57,803 nucleotides of DNA from a virus (Duplodnaviria > Caudoviricetes): positions 1 through 57,803 of the IMG/VR virus record IMGVR_UViG_3300009154_000067, one strand, 5' to 3'. Numbering within the stretch: the first letter of the stretch is position 1; every line of letters starts with the position of its first letter. The position numbers and the translations under genes are program-made. This document shows positions 44,670 to 54,000 of the stretch, piece by piece. The notes below the pieces were generated by a model that did no database searches, was not told the DNA's origin, and saw nothing but the letters and a program-made list of their open reading frames with translations.

Positions 44670-45041
44670 ATGGAAGAATATACAGCTTGGGGGTGGCATG
44701 CAATTATCGATGCCGCTGGTTGTGATCTGGATAAAATGTCCAGTTATGATAACGTCTATAATTTTGCCAAGCAGCTTGTCAAGGATATTGACATGGTTGC
44801 ATACGGTGAGCCACATATTGTGAATTTTGGTAGCGGGGACAAAGCTGGGTTTACTCTGATTCAACTTATCGAAACCAGTAATATCTGCGCTCATTTCGCA
44901 AATGAAAATCGTGAGATTTATCTTGACGTTTTCTCATGCAAGCCATTTGACGAAAAAATTGTTGAAGAACTGGTAGCCCAGTATTTTGGCTGTACAAGCG
45001 TCCGTCGCGCATTCATCAAGCGTAAGGCTACCGCTGAGTGA
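44670..45041 (+). CDS. Second SpeD-family pyruvoyl decarboxylase homologue
   Basis: WG.H.IID..GC, LIETSNICAHF and YLDVFSCK.FD motifs. Confidence 0.85.
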   Translation: MEEYTAWGWHAIIDAAGCDLDKMSSYDNVYNFAKQLVKDIDMVAYGEPHIVNFGSGDKAGFTLIQLIETSNICAHFANENREIYLDVFSCKPFDEKIVEELVAQYFGCTSVRRAFIKRKATAE

Positions 45042-45463
45042 GCAAGACAAATAAGTTAGGCATCACATTTGGTGCCTTCGACCTTCTACATGCTGGCCAT
45101 GCAGAATTTTTTAACGCAATAAATGAACACGTAGAACGTATCATTGTTGGATTACACATTGATCCATCAGTCGAGAACCCAAACAAAAACAAACCCATTC
45201 AATCAGTGTTTGAGCGTAGTTGGCAGCTTGGTGCAGTCAAAGGTGTTGATTGTGTCATTCCGTATGAAACGGAAAAAGATATTGAGAGAATGCTTGGTAT
45301 GATTTCCAATATCACTCATTATTTTGTCGGAGAAGACCACAAGAATCGACCAGTGACAGGTGAGTTTCTTTGCGCTATCAAAGGAATACAAATTCACTAC
45401 CTTCCGAGAATGCATGACTTCAGTAGCACTGAATTGAGACAAAGAATAAAGGAATTTGGATAA
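45038..45463 (+). CDS. Nucleotidyltransferase (TagD/HldE-C family)
   Basis: GAFDLLHAGH (HxGH), KPIQ...ER and SSTELR motifs. Confidence 0.88.
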   Translation: MSKTNKLGITFGAFDLLHAGHAEFFNAINEHVERIIVGLHIDPSVENPNKNKPIQSVFERSWQLGAVKGVDCVIPYETEKDIERMLGMISNITHYFVGEDHKNRPVTGEFLCAIKGIQIHYLPRMHDFSSTELRQRIKEFG

Positions 45464-46167
45464 TGGCAATTATTAGATTTAGTGATGATGAAGTTTTCTC
45501 TACAGATAGTAATGAGTATGAAATTCTTCAAAAAGCCGCAGAATTGGTTGGTGATACCCCTGGCGCAGTTGTAGAAATTGGAACCAGACGTGGTGGCTCT
45601 ACCAAAATCATCATTGACGCCCTACACTCACAAAATAATACATCCCGTTCGATGTTTTGTATTGATCCTTATGGGAATATTGAACTGGATTGTAGCAATA
45701 AGAATATTTCCATTCATATGCCATGGCGAGGCATTAATGAAGAAGGTGATGCCATGTCAACGGAACATTCCAAGGGTATACGGCTGGATTATACCAACGA
45801 CATGAGAAATCGAATCATTCCTTCTTTGTATTATTATGCATATCAACAAGGTTTGAATTTTCATTTTTTCTGTCTAGAAGACCATGAATTTTTTAGTCGT
45901 TTTGCTGATGGCGTTCCGACTTACGATTACAACAAAACTTTAGAAAATAATTACGCATTTGTATTTTTTGATGGACCCCACACGAATGAGGCTGTCGATC
46001 TAGAGATTAATTTTTTCTTAGATCGATCAACAATCGGATCAATTTTTGTTTTTGATGATATTTGGATGTACGATCATGACAAATATGAGAACATTCTATT
46101 CGCTGCTGGATTTGAAACAATAGACAGAGGCACAGTCAAGGCCAGCTATCGCAGGGTTAAAATGTAA
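45463..46167 (+). CDS. Class I SAM-dependent methyltransferase
   Basis: VEIGTRRGGS, IDPY, FFDGPH and FDD motifs. Confidence 0.85.
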   Translation: MAIIRFSDDEVFSTDSNEYEILQKAAELVGDTPGAVVEIGTRRGGSTKIIIDALHSQNNTSRSMFCIDPYGNIELDCSNKNISIHMPWRGINEEGDAMSTEHSKGIRLDYTNDMRNRIIPSLYYYAYQQGLNFHFFCLEDHEFFSRFADGVPTYDYNKTLENNYAFVFFDGPHTNEAVDLEINFFLDRSTIGSIFVFDDIWMYDHDKYENILFAAGFETIDRGTVKASYRRVKM

Positions 46168-47222
46168 TGAATAATTTTGATTTAATGGAAACAAACGAGA
46201 TTTCCAATTCAAATGCCCAGGGCGGAACTGAAATGTATATGCGATTTTTGTATAGTGGTGGGATTCCTCGTCACTTACTCAAAAATGTGCAGATTGTACC
46301 TAGTAGATTGCGTACATTGAAAGAAGACAAGATTCGTATATGGTTTGAGCACAATTTACCGAATGACCCAGAAAGCATGAAGCCATTCGTCGATCAAAAT
46401 TTACGAGATAGCTTTCACAAAATGATCTTCCTATCAAATTGGCATTATCAATCCTTTGTGACACATGTTAATGCGCCATATTCATCAAAATGTGCTGTTA
46501 TCGAAGGTGGGATGCATTGCATAGATTCTTTTGATAATGATCCAATTCTGCCTGCGAAACCAGACCCCCACAAAATAATTAATATTTCATATCATACCAC
46601 ACCCCATAGAGGATTGGAACTTCTCGTTCCAGTTTTTTTGAAGTTGGCGGAAGAAGATAAAAATATTCATCTTCATGTCCATTCTTCTTTCAAAATGTAT
46701 GGATGGGATTCTCGTGACAAGCAATATGAAAATATTTTCAATATTTGTAAAAATCATCCACAAATCACATATCATGGATTCACTAAGCATGAAGATTTGA
46801 TTTTGAGATTAAAAAATGAATATCATATTTTTGCATATCCAAATATTTGGCCAGAAACTATGTGCCGCGCACTACTCGAAAGCATGTATTATGGACTGTC
46901 GTGTGTCCATCCTGATCTGGCTGCTCTTCCCGATACGTCTGGCGCATTGAATAAATATATGTACAATGGCACCTTCGATCATCAAGAACACGCCAATTTG
47001 CATTACATAAATCTCAAAAAAGCAATCGAAGATTGTCGCATTTCCGATACCAATCATATAAACGGATTGAAATTTAATCGCCAATATATTCAGAATCGTT
47101 ACAATACTGATTTTGTCTATAGTAAGTGGATTAAAATATTGGAAGAATTGAACACACAATATCCCACCGTAGAATCCCGCGCAATAAAAAAACAACAAAA
47201 ATATTTTATGTATAAAACATGA
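46167..47222 (+). CDS. GT-B glycosyltransferase
   Basis: GGTE, Y.TTP.RGL..L, YPN.W.ET.C.A.LE and AALPDT motifs. Confidence 0.88.
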   Translation: MNNFDLMETNEISNSNAQGGTEMYMRFLYSGGIPRHLLKNVQIVPSRLRTLKEDKIRIWFEHNLPNDPESMKPFVDQNLRDSFHKMIFLSNWHYQSFVTHVNAPYSSKCAVIEGGMHCIDSFDNDPILPAKPDPHKIINISYHTTPHRGLELLVPVFLKLAEEDKNIHLHVHSSFKMYGWDSRDKQYENIFNICKNHPQITYHGFTKHEDLILRLKNEYHIFAYPNIWPETMCRALLESMYYGLSCVHPDLAALPDTSGALNKYMYNGTFDHQEHANLHYINLKKAIEDCRISDTNHINGLKFNRQYIQNRYNTDFVYSKWIKILEELNTQYPTVESRAIKKQQKYFMYKT

Positions 47223-47229
47223 GGATATC

Positions 47230-48192
47230 ATGAAAACTTATTTAATTACTGGTTCTTGTGGTTTCATTGGAAGCAATCTTGCATTGCGTTTACTTAATAG
47301 TGGTGCTAGAGTGATTGGAGTTGACCGATATCACTCTAGGCACGATAAAATATTATCTGAATTGACAATTAATTCTAATTACAAACATTACAATATTGAT
47401 TTGTCGAATGAAAATTCTTTGGATATTATTTCTGATGATGTTGATATGATTTTTCATTTGGCGGCAAATGCCGATGTTCGTTTCAGTTCTGTTTATCCTG
47501 ATAAAGACTTGAATGATGGAATTATTTCCACTTTTAATGTTCTTCGATGGGTCAAGCAAAAGAATATTAAAAATATTGCCTATGCGTCAACGGCAGCATT
47601 GTATGGTGATCCTAGTGTTATCCCAACGCCGGAAACATATCCCTTTATTCAAACTTCGTTCTATGGTGCATCTAAGCTGGCTGGCGAGGCATTAATACAA
47701 GCACATTGTTCTTCGTATGACGCCAATGCCTGGATTTTTCGGTTTTGTTCTATAACTGGACCAAAATATTCTCATGGGTTCATTTATAATTTTTATTCAT
47801 CATTGAAAAATAACTCAGATGAATTGTATATTCATGGCGGTCAAAATCAAAGAAAAACGTATCTTGATATAGATGATTGCATAGATGCCATTCTCATTAT
47901 TATTAATAAAACCAAAGAATCAGTAAATATATTTAATATTGGGCATCCTGATATTTGTGGTTTGAATGATTCTCTTCCAATTATAACCAATTATTTAAAA
48001 ATCAATCCAAAAATTATTTGGTCTGGTAATGAAATTGGATGGGTCGGAGATAGCAAAATAAGTCATCTTGATTTGACCAAATTGATTAATTTGGGATGGT
48101 CGCCAAAATATTCAATACCCCAGACGATAACAAGAACTCTGGAATGGTTGGAGGCTAATAAGTGGATTTTAGATGTTAGGAAAGAAATTTAA
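47230..48192 (+). CDS. NAD-dependent sugar-nucleotide epimerase/dehydratase
   Basis: TG..GFIG, HLAA, ST.A.YG and YGASK motifs. Confidence 0.92.
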   Translation: MKTYLITGSCGFIGSNLALRLLNSGARVIGVDRYHSRHDKILSELTINSNYKHYNIDLSNENSLDIISDDVDMIFHLAANADVRFSSVYPDKDLNDGIISTFNVLRWVKQKNIKNIAYASTAALYGDPSVIPTPETYPFIQTSFYGASKLAGEALIQAHCSSYDANAWIFRFCSITGPKYSHGFIYNFYSSLKNNSDELYIHGGQNQRKTYLDIDDCIDAILIIINKTKESVNIFNIGHPDICGLNDSLPIITNYLKINPKIIWSGNEIGWVGDSKISHLDLTKLINLGWSPKYSIPQTITRTLEWLEANKWILDVRKEI

Positions 48193-49172
48193 TGATTGTT
48201 AGTAGAACTCCATTCAGATTATCATTTTTCGGGGGAGGCAGCGATCTTCCCCAATACTACAATTATATGCCTGGAATGGTGATTTCGACCACCATCAACA
48301 AACATATACAAATTGCGGTCCACAAAAGCCAGCCAAATCATATTCGAGCAGTTTACTCTGAATTGGAAATTGTTGATGATGTTGATAATCTAAAACATGA
48401 TAGGATTAAAGAAACATTAAAATATTTCAATATCAAAAGTAATATCGAAATTTGTTCATTTTCTGATATCTCGTCAAAAGGAACTGGACTTGGTTCTTCA
48501 TCCACATTTACGGTTGGACTGATAAATGCTCTTTACAAGATGCAAAAAATCAGATACAATAGGTCCGATTTAGCAGAATTGGCATGCAAAGTCGAAATGG
48601 AGTTATGTGGGGAACCAATCGGAAAGCAAGACCAGTATGCTGCTGCATATGGTGGATTCAACGTAATTCGATTTGATTCTTCCGGGGTTGAAATTAGCCC
48701 AATAAATATTAATAGCTTATCTCTGGAAAAACTCAATAACAATCTATTGTGCTATTCGACTGGTGATAATGGCAGAAGTACAGCAGAAATTCTTTCAGAT
48801 CAAGTCAAGAATCTAGAAACTAAAAAAAATTCTGCTTTTAATAATACTTCACTCATGGTTGATATTGCGGAGGCAGGATTAAAATATTTAAAAAATAACA
48901 AGATCGATGATTTTGGTTCTTTGTTGAATGAGTCGTGGATGCTGAAGCGAAAACTTTCCTCAAAAATTTCAACACCAGATATCGATCTAATGTATGAAAT
49001 TGCAACTTCTGCTGGTGCTCTTGGTGGAAAGCTTTTGGGCGCTGGTGGTGGTGGGTATATGTTATTTTATGTGCCAGAATCAAGGCACAATTCGGTAACT
49101 CTGGCGATGAGAGAATTTCGTAGATTTCACTTTAATTTTACAGATTATGGGAGCACAGCGGTAGAACTATGA
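48192..49172 (+). CDS. hddA: GHMP sugar kinase, heptose 7-phosphate kinase (HddA)-like
   Basis: RTPFR.SF.GGG.D, GTGLGSSS, GKQDQYAAA.GG and GAGGGG motifs. Confidence 0.85.
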   Translation: MIVSRTPFRLSFFGGGSDLPQYYNYMPGMVISTTINKHIQIAVHKSQPNHIRAVYSELEIVDDVDNLKHDRIKETLKYFNIKSNIEICSFSDISSKGTGLGSSSTFTVGLINALYKMQKIRYNRSDLAELACKVEMELCGEPIGKQDQYAAAYGGFNVIRFDSSGVEISPININSLSLEKLNNNLLCYSTGDNGRSTAEILSDQVKNLETKKNSAFNNTSLMVDIAEAGLKYLKNNKIDDFGSLLNESWMLKRKLSSKISTPDIDLMYEIATSAGALGGKLLGAGGGGYMLFYVPESRHNSVTLAMREFRRFHFNFTDYGSTAVEL

Positions 49173-49759
49173 TTCAAAACGATCATTATATTTGGTATGC
49201 TAGCAAATTAAATTCAGCTTTGTTAGGCGTTAGCCAGGAGAGTATTCAACAGGCTTATTCGTTACTTGTTGGCAGCATCGGACAACCAGTGTACATTTTT
49301 GGCAATGGTGGCTCTGCTGCTATTGCTGATCACTTCTGCTGTGACTATAACAAGGGCATCACTCAAGATACTGCCATGAGAGGCAGAGCTATCAGTCTAT
49401 CCTCCAACGGACCTCTGATGACTGCAATCTCCAATGATAATGGGTACAAAAATTTATTTGCTGATCAGTTGTACCAACATAATCCAAGTCGTGGTTTGGC
49501 TATCGCAGTTTCGTCAAGTGGAAATTCTGAAAATATTATTCGTGGTTTAATTGAAGCAAAAGAATTGGGCCTTAATACCATGGCTCTTATCGGATTTAAT
49601 GGCGGCGTTGTTCTGGCGAATAATTTGGCGGATATCACCATTCATGTTGATTGTGATAATTATGGCATCGTTGAGGACGCTCATATGGCAATTTTACATT
49701 CTCTTATTCAGACCATCCGTAAGAGCTATGCCCATTCACCGGAGACTCTTCGACTATAA
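49169..49759 (+). CDS. gmhA: Phosphoheptose isomerase (SIS domain)
   Basis: GNGGSAA.A.H, TA..ND, SSSGNS.N, G..GG and ED.H motifs. Confidence 0.88.
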   Translation: MIQNDHYIWYASKLNSALLGVSQESIQQAYSLLVGSIGQPVYIFGNGGSAAIADHFCCDYNKGITQDTAMRGRAISLSSNGPLMTAISNDNGYKNLFADQLYQHNPSRGLAIAVSSSGNSENIIRGLIEAKELGLNTMALIGFNGGVVLANNLADITIHVDCDNYGIVEDAHMAILHSLIQTIRKSYAHSPETLRL

Positions 49760-49807
49760 ATATAGATAGTTCTTGACTGCTATTAAAATATAAGGTATAA
49801 TGCACAT

Positions 49808-50200
49808 ATGGATACAATTGCAAATAACGTAATTATGTTTCCAAGTAAAAACATTAATTTTCGGGGGCCACAGTCAATAGAAGAGATTGATGAGCGGGTT
49901 GATATGGTTAAACAAATTCATATTCAAAGTACAATTGAAACAGTTGCCCCCATATTATTTGATAATCTTTCAATTGCTGGATTTCCTCCATCAGATGATG
50001 ATTCTGATTTGAAACATGGAGCTTTAATAGTTGAATCGATACGTTCTTTTCTTTGTTCACAAATCGGATTTGAACATCCATTACAAGTAATTGCAGAAAA
50101 TTTATTTGAATATTCCGAAGAAGAAGATGGATTAATTGTGTCTGAAAAAATCAAAATAGTTATAACTCCCAATGTGGAAGGACAGGGTAAACCCTCATAA
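49808..50200 (+). CDS. Hypothetical protein
   Basis: NNVI.FP start and HPLQ motif; upstream promoter. Confidence 0.75.
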   Translation: MDTIANNVIMFPSKNINFRGPQSIEEIDERVDMVKQIHIQSTIETVAPILFDNLSIAGFPPSDDDSDLKHGALIVESIRSFLCSQIGFEHPLQVIAENLFEYSEEEDGLIVSEKIKIVITPNVEGQGKPS

Positions 50201-50203
50201 ATT

Positions 50204-51061
50204 ATGATAATAATGGATTATTCTCAAGTAAGTCTCTCAAATATTATGGTGCAGATTGGCAATCATACCAATGCAGAAATAGAAGAGAGTATGTGTCGTC
50301 ACATGGTTTTGAACTCGATTCGTTCATATAAATCAGAATATAGTCAAAAATATGGTGAACTTGTTATTGCGTGCGACAACAAGAATTATTGGCGTCGTAA
50401 AGTTTTTCCATATTACAAGGCAAATCGTAAAAAGAGCCAGCAAGCATCGGAGCTTAACTGGAAAGAGATATTTGAATGTCTCAATAAAATCAAATCAGAA
50501 ATCGAAAATAATTTTCCTTATCGTGTTATTGATGTTGACACCACAGAAGCAGATGATATCATCGGAACTCTGTGCTCAGAATATGGAGATACAGATGAAC
50601 CGATTTTAATTCTGTCTGGTGACAAAGACTTCCAACAGCTACAAAAATACAAAAATGTTTTCCAGTATGATCCTGTTCGTAAAGGTAAAATCGTCTGCAA
50701 GAATCCAGAAGAATTTCTAAAGGAGCATATTCTGCGCGGCGATGTTGGTGATGGTATTCCAAATTTCCTTTCAAATGATAATTGTCTTGTGATTGGCGAA
50801 AGACAAAAATCTGTCTATGCCAAGAAAGTAACAGAATGGCTTTATTCTCCACCAGAAACTTTCTGTGATGAAGTCAAATTACGAAATTACAGACGCAATG
50901 AACAGCTTATTGATCTTGGTAAAATACCAGATGAAATCAAGGAAAGAATCCTTGAAAGTTATCATGATCAAAAAGGTAAAAAAACCAATGGAAATATTTT
51001 GAATTATTTCATTGAACATAGACTAACAAATTTAACTTCTAATATCGGAGATTTCTTATGA
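50204..51061 (+). CDS. rnh: T4-type RNase H (5'-3' exonuclease)
   Basis: WR...FP.YKANR, EADD.I, SGDKDF.QL and GD.GDGIPN motifs. Confidence 0.93.
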   Translation: MIIMDYSQVSLSNIMVQIGNHTNAEIEESMCRHMVLNSIRSYKSEYSQKYGELVIACDNKNYWRRKVFPYYKANRKKSQQASELNWKEIFECLNKIKSEIENNFPYRVIDVDTTEADDIIGTLCSEYGDTDEPILILSGDKDFQQLQKYKNVFQYDPVRKGKIVCKNPEEFLKEHILRGDVGDGIPNFLSNDNCLVIGERQKSVYAKKVTEWLYSPPETFCDEVKLRNYRRNEQLIDLGKIPDEIKERILESYHDQKGKKTNGNILNYFIEHRLTNLTSNIGDFL

Positions 51062-51474
51062 AACTTGGAGTTGCTGAAATTTTAGAAAAAGCATCTAAAA
51101 TGACTAACGACAACGAAATTATCACTTGTCTTCAGCAAAATCATAGCGTTGCTTTGGAAACAGTTTTGCGTGGTATATTTGATCCTACAATTATATGGTT
51201 GCTACCAGACGGCAATCCTCCATACAAGCCAAATATTCTGGTTGATCAACAAAATCAATTTTACAAAGAATGTAGGAAATTGTACCTTTTCATCGATGGT
51301 GGAAATCCGAACCTAAAACAAACCAAACGAGAATCACTTTTTATTGAATTTTTAGAAACCATTGACAAGGATGATGCACTCATTGTTCTTGCAATGAAAG
51401 ACAAGAAATCTCCACACAAAAACATCACAGAGGGACTGGTACGTAAAGCGTTTCCAGGGATTTTGCCGCAATGA
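51058..51474 (+). CDS. T4-like conserved hypothetical protein
   Basis: FDP...W.LP.G.PPY and KRE.LFI..LE motifs. Confidence 0.8.
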   Translation: MKLGVAEILEKASKMTNDNEIITCLQQNHSVALETVLRGIFDPTIIWLLPDGNPPYKPNILVDQQNQFYKECRKLYLFIDGGNPNLKQTKRESLFIEFLETIDKDDALIVLAMKDKKSPHKNITEGLVRKAFPGILPQ

Positions 51475-51674
51475 AACAATACGTTTATCGAATCAATTCT
51501 GAGTGGGATATTGGCTCAGAATATTTGGTATTTTCTTCGAAAGAAGCCGCGATGAAATGGCTTGACAATAACCCAAATATAGATGATATTGTTGAAGAAG
51601 ATGGTGGCACTTTGAATGATATCATCGATGAAGGTTTGATTAGTTTTTCTGCGTTGGAGATTATCTATGAGTAA
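51471..51674 (+). CDS. Hypothetical protein
   Basis: Overlapping gene chain. Confidence 0.6.
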   Translation: MKQYVYRINSEWDIGSEYLVFSSKEAAMKWLDNNPNIDDIVEEDGGTLNDIIDEGLISFSALEIIYE

Positions 51675-51849
51675 GTCACGCCCAAAATCCTATGGCGGTC
51701 GCAATAATTGGTATGATGAAGAAGACAATCAATATGAAAACGATAATTCAAAAAATGCTAGGGAACGTCGCAAGGAAAAACGAATGAAGAATATCATTCG
51801 TTCCAAGAACATCGACCAATTGATGAATATTGAAGAGGATGAGGAATAG
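51667..51849 (+). CDS. Small charged hypothetical protein
   Basis: GGAG RBS. Confidence 0.65.
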   Translation: MSKSRPKSYGGRNNWYDEEDNQYENDNSKNARERRKEKRMKNIIRSKNIDQLMNIEEDEE

Positions 51850-51852
51850 ATA

Positions 51853-52008
51853 ATGACTCAGACTGAAATGGCTGTACTAATCGCAAGGCTTTCTATGGTG
51901 CTCAGAAAGCTAGAATGGGAAGGTCATCATATGAACGCATATGCCGTGAGTGATGTGATATATTATCTTGAAGATCAACTATTGAACCCAACCGGGGAAG
52001 GGAAGTGA
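51853..52008 (+). CDS. Hypothetical protein (51 aa)
   Basis: GAGGA RBS; fills the gap; below the ORF-track cutoff. Confidence 0.55.
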   Translation: MTQTEMAVLIARLSMVLRKLEWEGHHMNAYAVSDVIYYLEDQLLNPTGEGK

Positions 52009-52009
52009 A

Positions 52010-52258
52010 TTGCCCACTTACTTACTAAAAAATATAAATACAAACGAAGAGCATGAGCTTTTCATGGGCATTTCAGAGAAGGAGGATTTTCTTAAAGCTA
52101 ATCCACAATTCATTCAATTACTGAATGGCGCCCCCTCTATAGGAGATTCCATTCGGTTGGGCTTACGCAAACCTGATGATGCATTCCGAGATAGACTTAA
52201 AGAAATCAAAAAAAATGCTCAAAAAGGGATTAGTCGTAGCACCATAAACACATTTTAG
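52010..52258 (+). CDS. Hypothetical protein (MPTY type, upstream of phoH)
   Basis: PTY...N..T.E and KPD..FRD.LK.IK motifs. Confidence 0.75.
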   Translation: MPTYLLKNINTNEEHELFMGISEKEDFLKANPQFIQLLNGAPSIGDSIRLGLRKPDDAFRDRLKEIKKNAQKGISRSTINTF

Positions 52259-52265
52259 GAGCTTC

Positions 52266-53033
52266 ATGACCGCATATCCAAATTCAAGACAAAAAAAAGT
52301 TTCTCGTAAAGAAAAGAGAACAAGTAATCGAAATAAAGAAATGGAAATCAAGGAAAAATTGAATTTCACTCTTCGAAAAGTTGTTCCACTGACCGACAAC
52401 CAAAAAAGCACTTTTGAAGGATATGAAGATCATCAAAATCTTCTATTGATAGGGACCGCCGGAACAGGTAAATCATTCCTATCAATTTATTTGGGTATGC
52501 AAGATATTATGGAACGCAAGACGTATAATAAAATGGTTATCGTCAGAAGTGTCGTTCCGACTAGAGACATGGGATTTTTACCAGGGTCAAATAAAGAGAA
52601 ATCCAAAGTATATGAAGCCCCCTATTACTCAATTTTTGCTGAGTTATTTGGAAGAGGTGATTCCTACGAATATTTAAAAAATAAAAATGTAGTTGAATTT
52701 ATGACAACTTCTTTTGTTCGTGGCATCACAATCAATGATTGTATTATGATTGTTGATGAATTTCAAAACATGACCGCAGGAGAGTTGCATTCTATCTTTA
52801 CAAGAATAGGAAAAAACTGTAGAGTGATTTTTGCTGGTGATATCAAGCAGAATGATATTAACGGCAGAAAAGAAGAATCTGGATTTAAAGATTTTTTCAA
52901 AGTTATAAATCGTATGGATGATTTTGATGTGATTGAATTTGATCGAAATGATGTGGTGCGCGGACCTCTGGTAAAGGCTTATATCATTGCCAGAGAAGAC
53001 CTCGAAGATGCTGGAGAAATTTCTCGCCTTTAA
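52266..53033 (+). CDS. phoH: PhoH family ATPase
   Basis: GTAGTGKS, GFLPG, RG.T, DE.QN, TR.G and GD..Q.D motifs. Confidence 0.93.
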   Translation: MTAYPNSRQKKVSRKEKRTSNRNKEMEIKEKLNFTLRKVVPLTDNQKSTFEGYEDHQNLLLIGTAGTGKSFLSIYLGMQDIMERKTYNKMVIVRSVVPTRDMGFLPGSNKEKSKVYEAPYYSIFAELFGRGDSYEYLKNKNVVEFMTTSFVRGITINDCIMIVDEFQNMTAGELHSIFTRIGKNCRVIFAGDIKQNDINGRKEESGFKDFFKVINRMDDFDVIEFDRNDVVRGPLVKAYIIAREDLEDAGEISRL

Positions 53034-53039
53034 AAGTGA

Positions 53040-53091
53040 CTTCGTAAAGAGTTACATTAATTATATTTATAAAATGTAACTCTTTACGAAG
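53040..53091. repeat. Perfect 19-bp inverted repeat overlapping the RBS of an endonuclease remnant
   Basis: CTTCGTAAAGAGTTACATT / AATGTAACTCTTTACGAAG. Confidence 0.88.
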
Positions 53092-53100
53092 GACTATTAA

Positions 53101-53181
53101 ATGTATCATTATACCTACATCATCAAAACCAATTCCGGTAAATATTATGTTGGTAGACATTACACTGGGCGCCATCAATAA
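53101..53181 (+). pseudogene. GIY-YIG endonuclease N-terminal remnant
   Basis: MYHYTYIIKTNSGKYYVGRH... terminates after 26 aa. Confidence 0.6.
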
Positions 53182-53219
53182 ATCCACCATGGAAATAATT
53201 ATTTTTTTTTATTATTATA

Positions 53220-53507
53220 TCATGATATAATATTTGGTGCAATTCTGCCTATTTTTTTGGCCATATGTGTATTGAGTGTTTTGTGTGCATCATCCAGTTT
53301 TTTAATCGCTGGATGATGGATTCCTAATTTTTTGACAGCCAAATGTTTGACTGCTCGCGTTAAATGACTAGCAATTTCAGCAGGCCCCATTTCAGGATGG
53401 GTTGTTAATGAAGTAAGCAAATCAGCTAATATTGAAGATTCATTCAACGGTTCAATTTTTTTATTCTGCGATTTGATGAATTCTTCATAAAGTTTGATTG
53501 TGTCCAT
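53220..53507 (-). CDS. His-rich protein with internal-protein-like leader
   Basis: KLYEEFIK...LNES; GGAG RBS. Confidence 0.65.
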   Translation of the reverse strand: MDTIKLYEEFIKSQNKKIEPLNESSILADLLTSLTTHPEMGPAEIASHLTRAVKHLAVKKLGIHHPAIKKLDDAHKTLNTHMAKKIGRIAPNIIS

Positions 53508-53553
53508 TCTGATTCTCCAATTTTTTTATTATTTATTATTTGAGGAATTTGAC

Positions 53554-53988
53554 ATGAATTGGGATGAATATTTTATTGGAATGGCTGATTATGTCTCAAC
53601 AAAAAGTAAAGACCGATCTACTAAAATTGGCTGCGTGATTGTTGGTCCAAATCATGAAATAAGAACGACTGGATATAATGGTTTTTGTCGTGGGATTAAT
53701 GATGAAGTCGATGAAAGACACGATAGGCCAGCTAAATATCTATGGACTGAGCACGCAGAAAGAAATGCAATTTATAATGCCGCCAGGAATGGAATACGGT
53801 TAGAAGATTGCATCGCGTATGTTAATGGAATTCCTTGTGCTGATTGCACAAGGGGACTGATTCAATCTGGTGTCAAGAAAATAGTATATCCTGATATCAG
53901 CAAGCAAACCACGAAAATGCCGATTGAGACATATCATGCGGCTATCGAAATGATGAACGAAGCTGATATTGAACAGCTTGTATATTAA
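53554..53988 (+). CDS. cd: dCMP deaminase
   Basis: WDEYF, SKD, GYNG, HAERNAI and PC.DC motifs. Confidence 0.93.
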   Translation: MNWDEYFIGMADYVSTKSKDRSTKIGCVIVGPNHEIRTTGYNGFCRGINDEVDERHDRPAKYLWTEHAERNAIYNAARNGIRLEDCIAYVNGIPCADCTRGLIQSGVKKIVYPDISKQTTKMPIETYHAAIEMMNEADIEQLVY

Positions 53989-54000
53989 TAGGAATTATGA

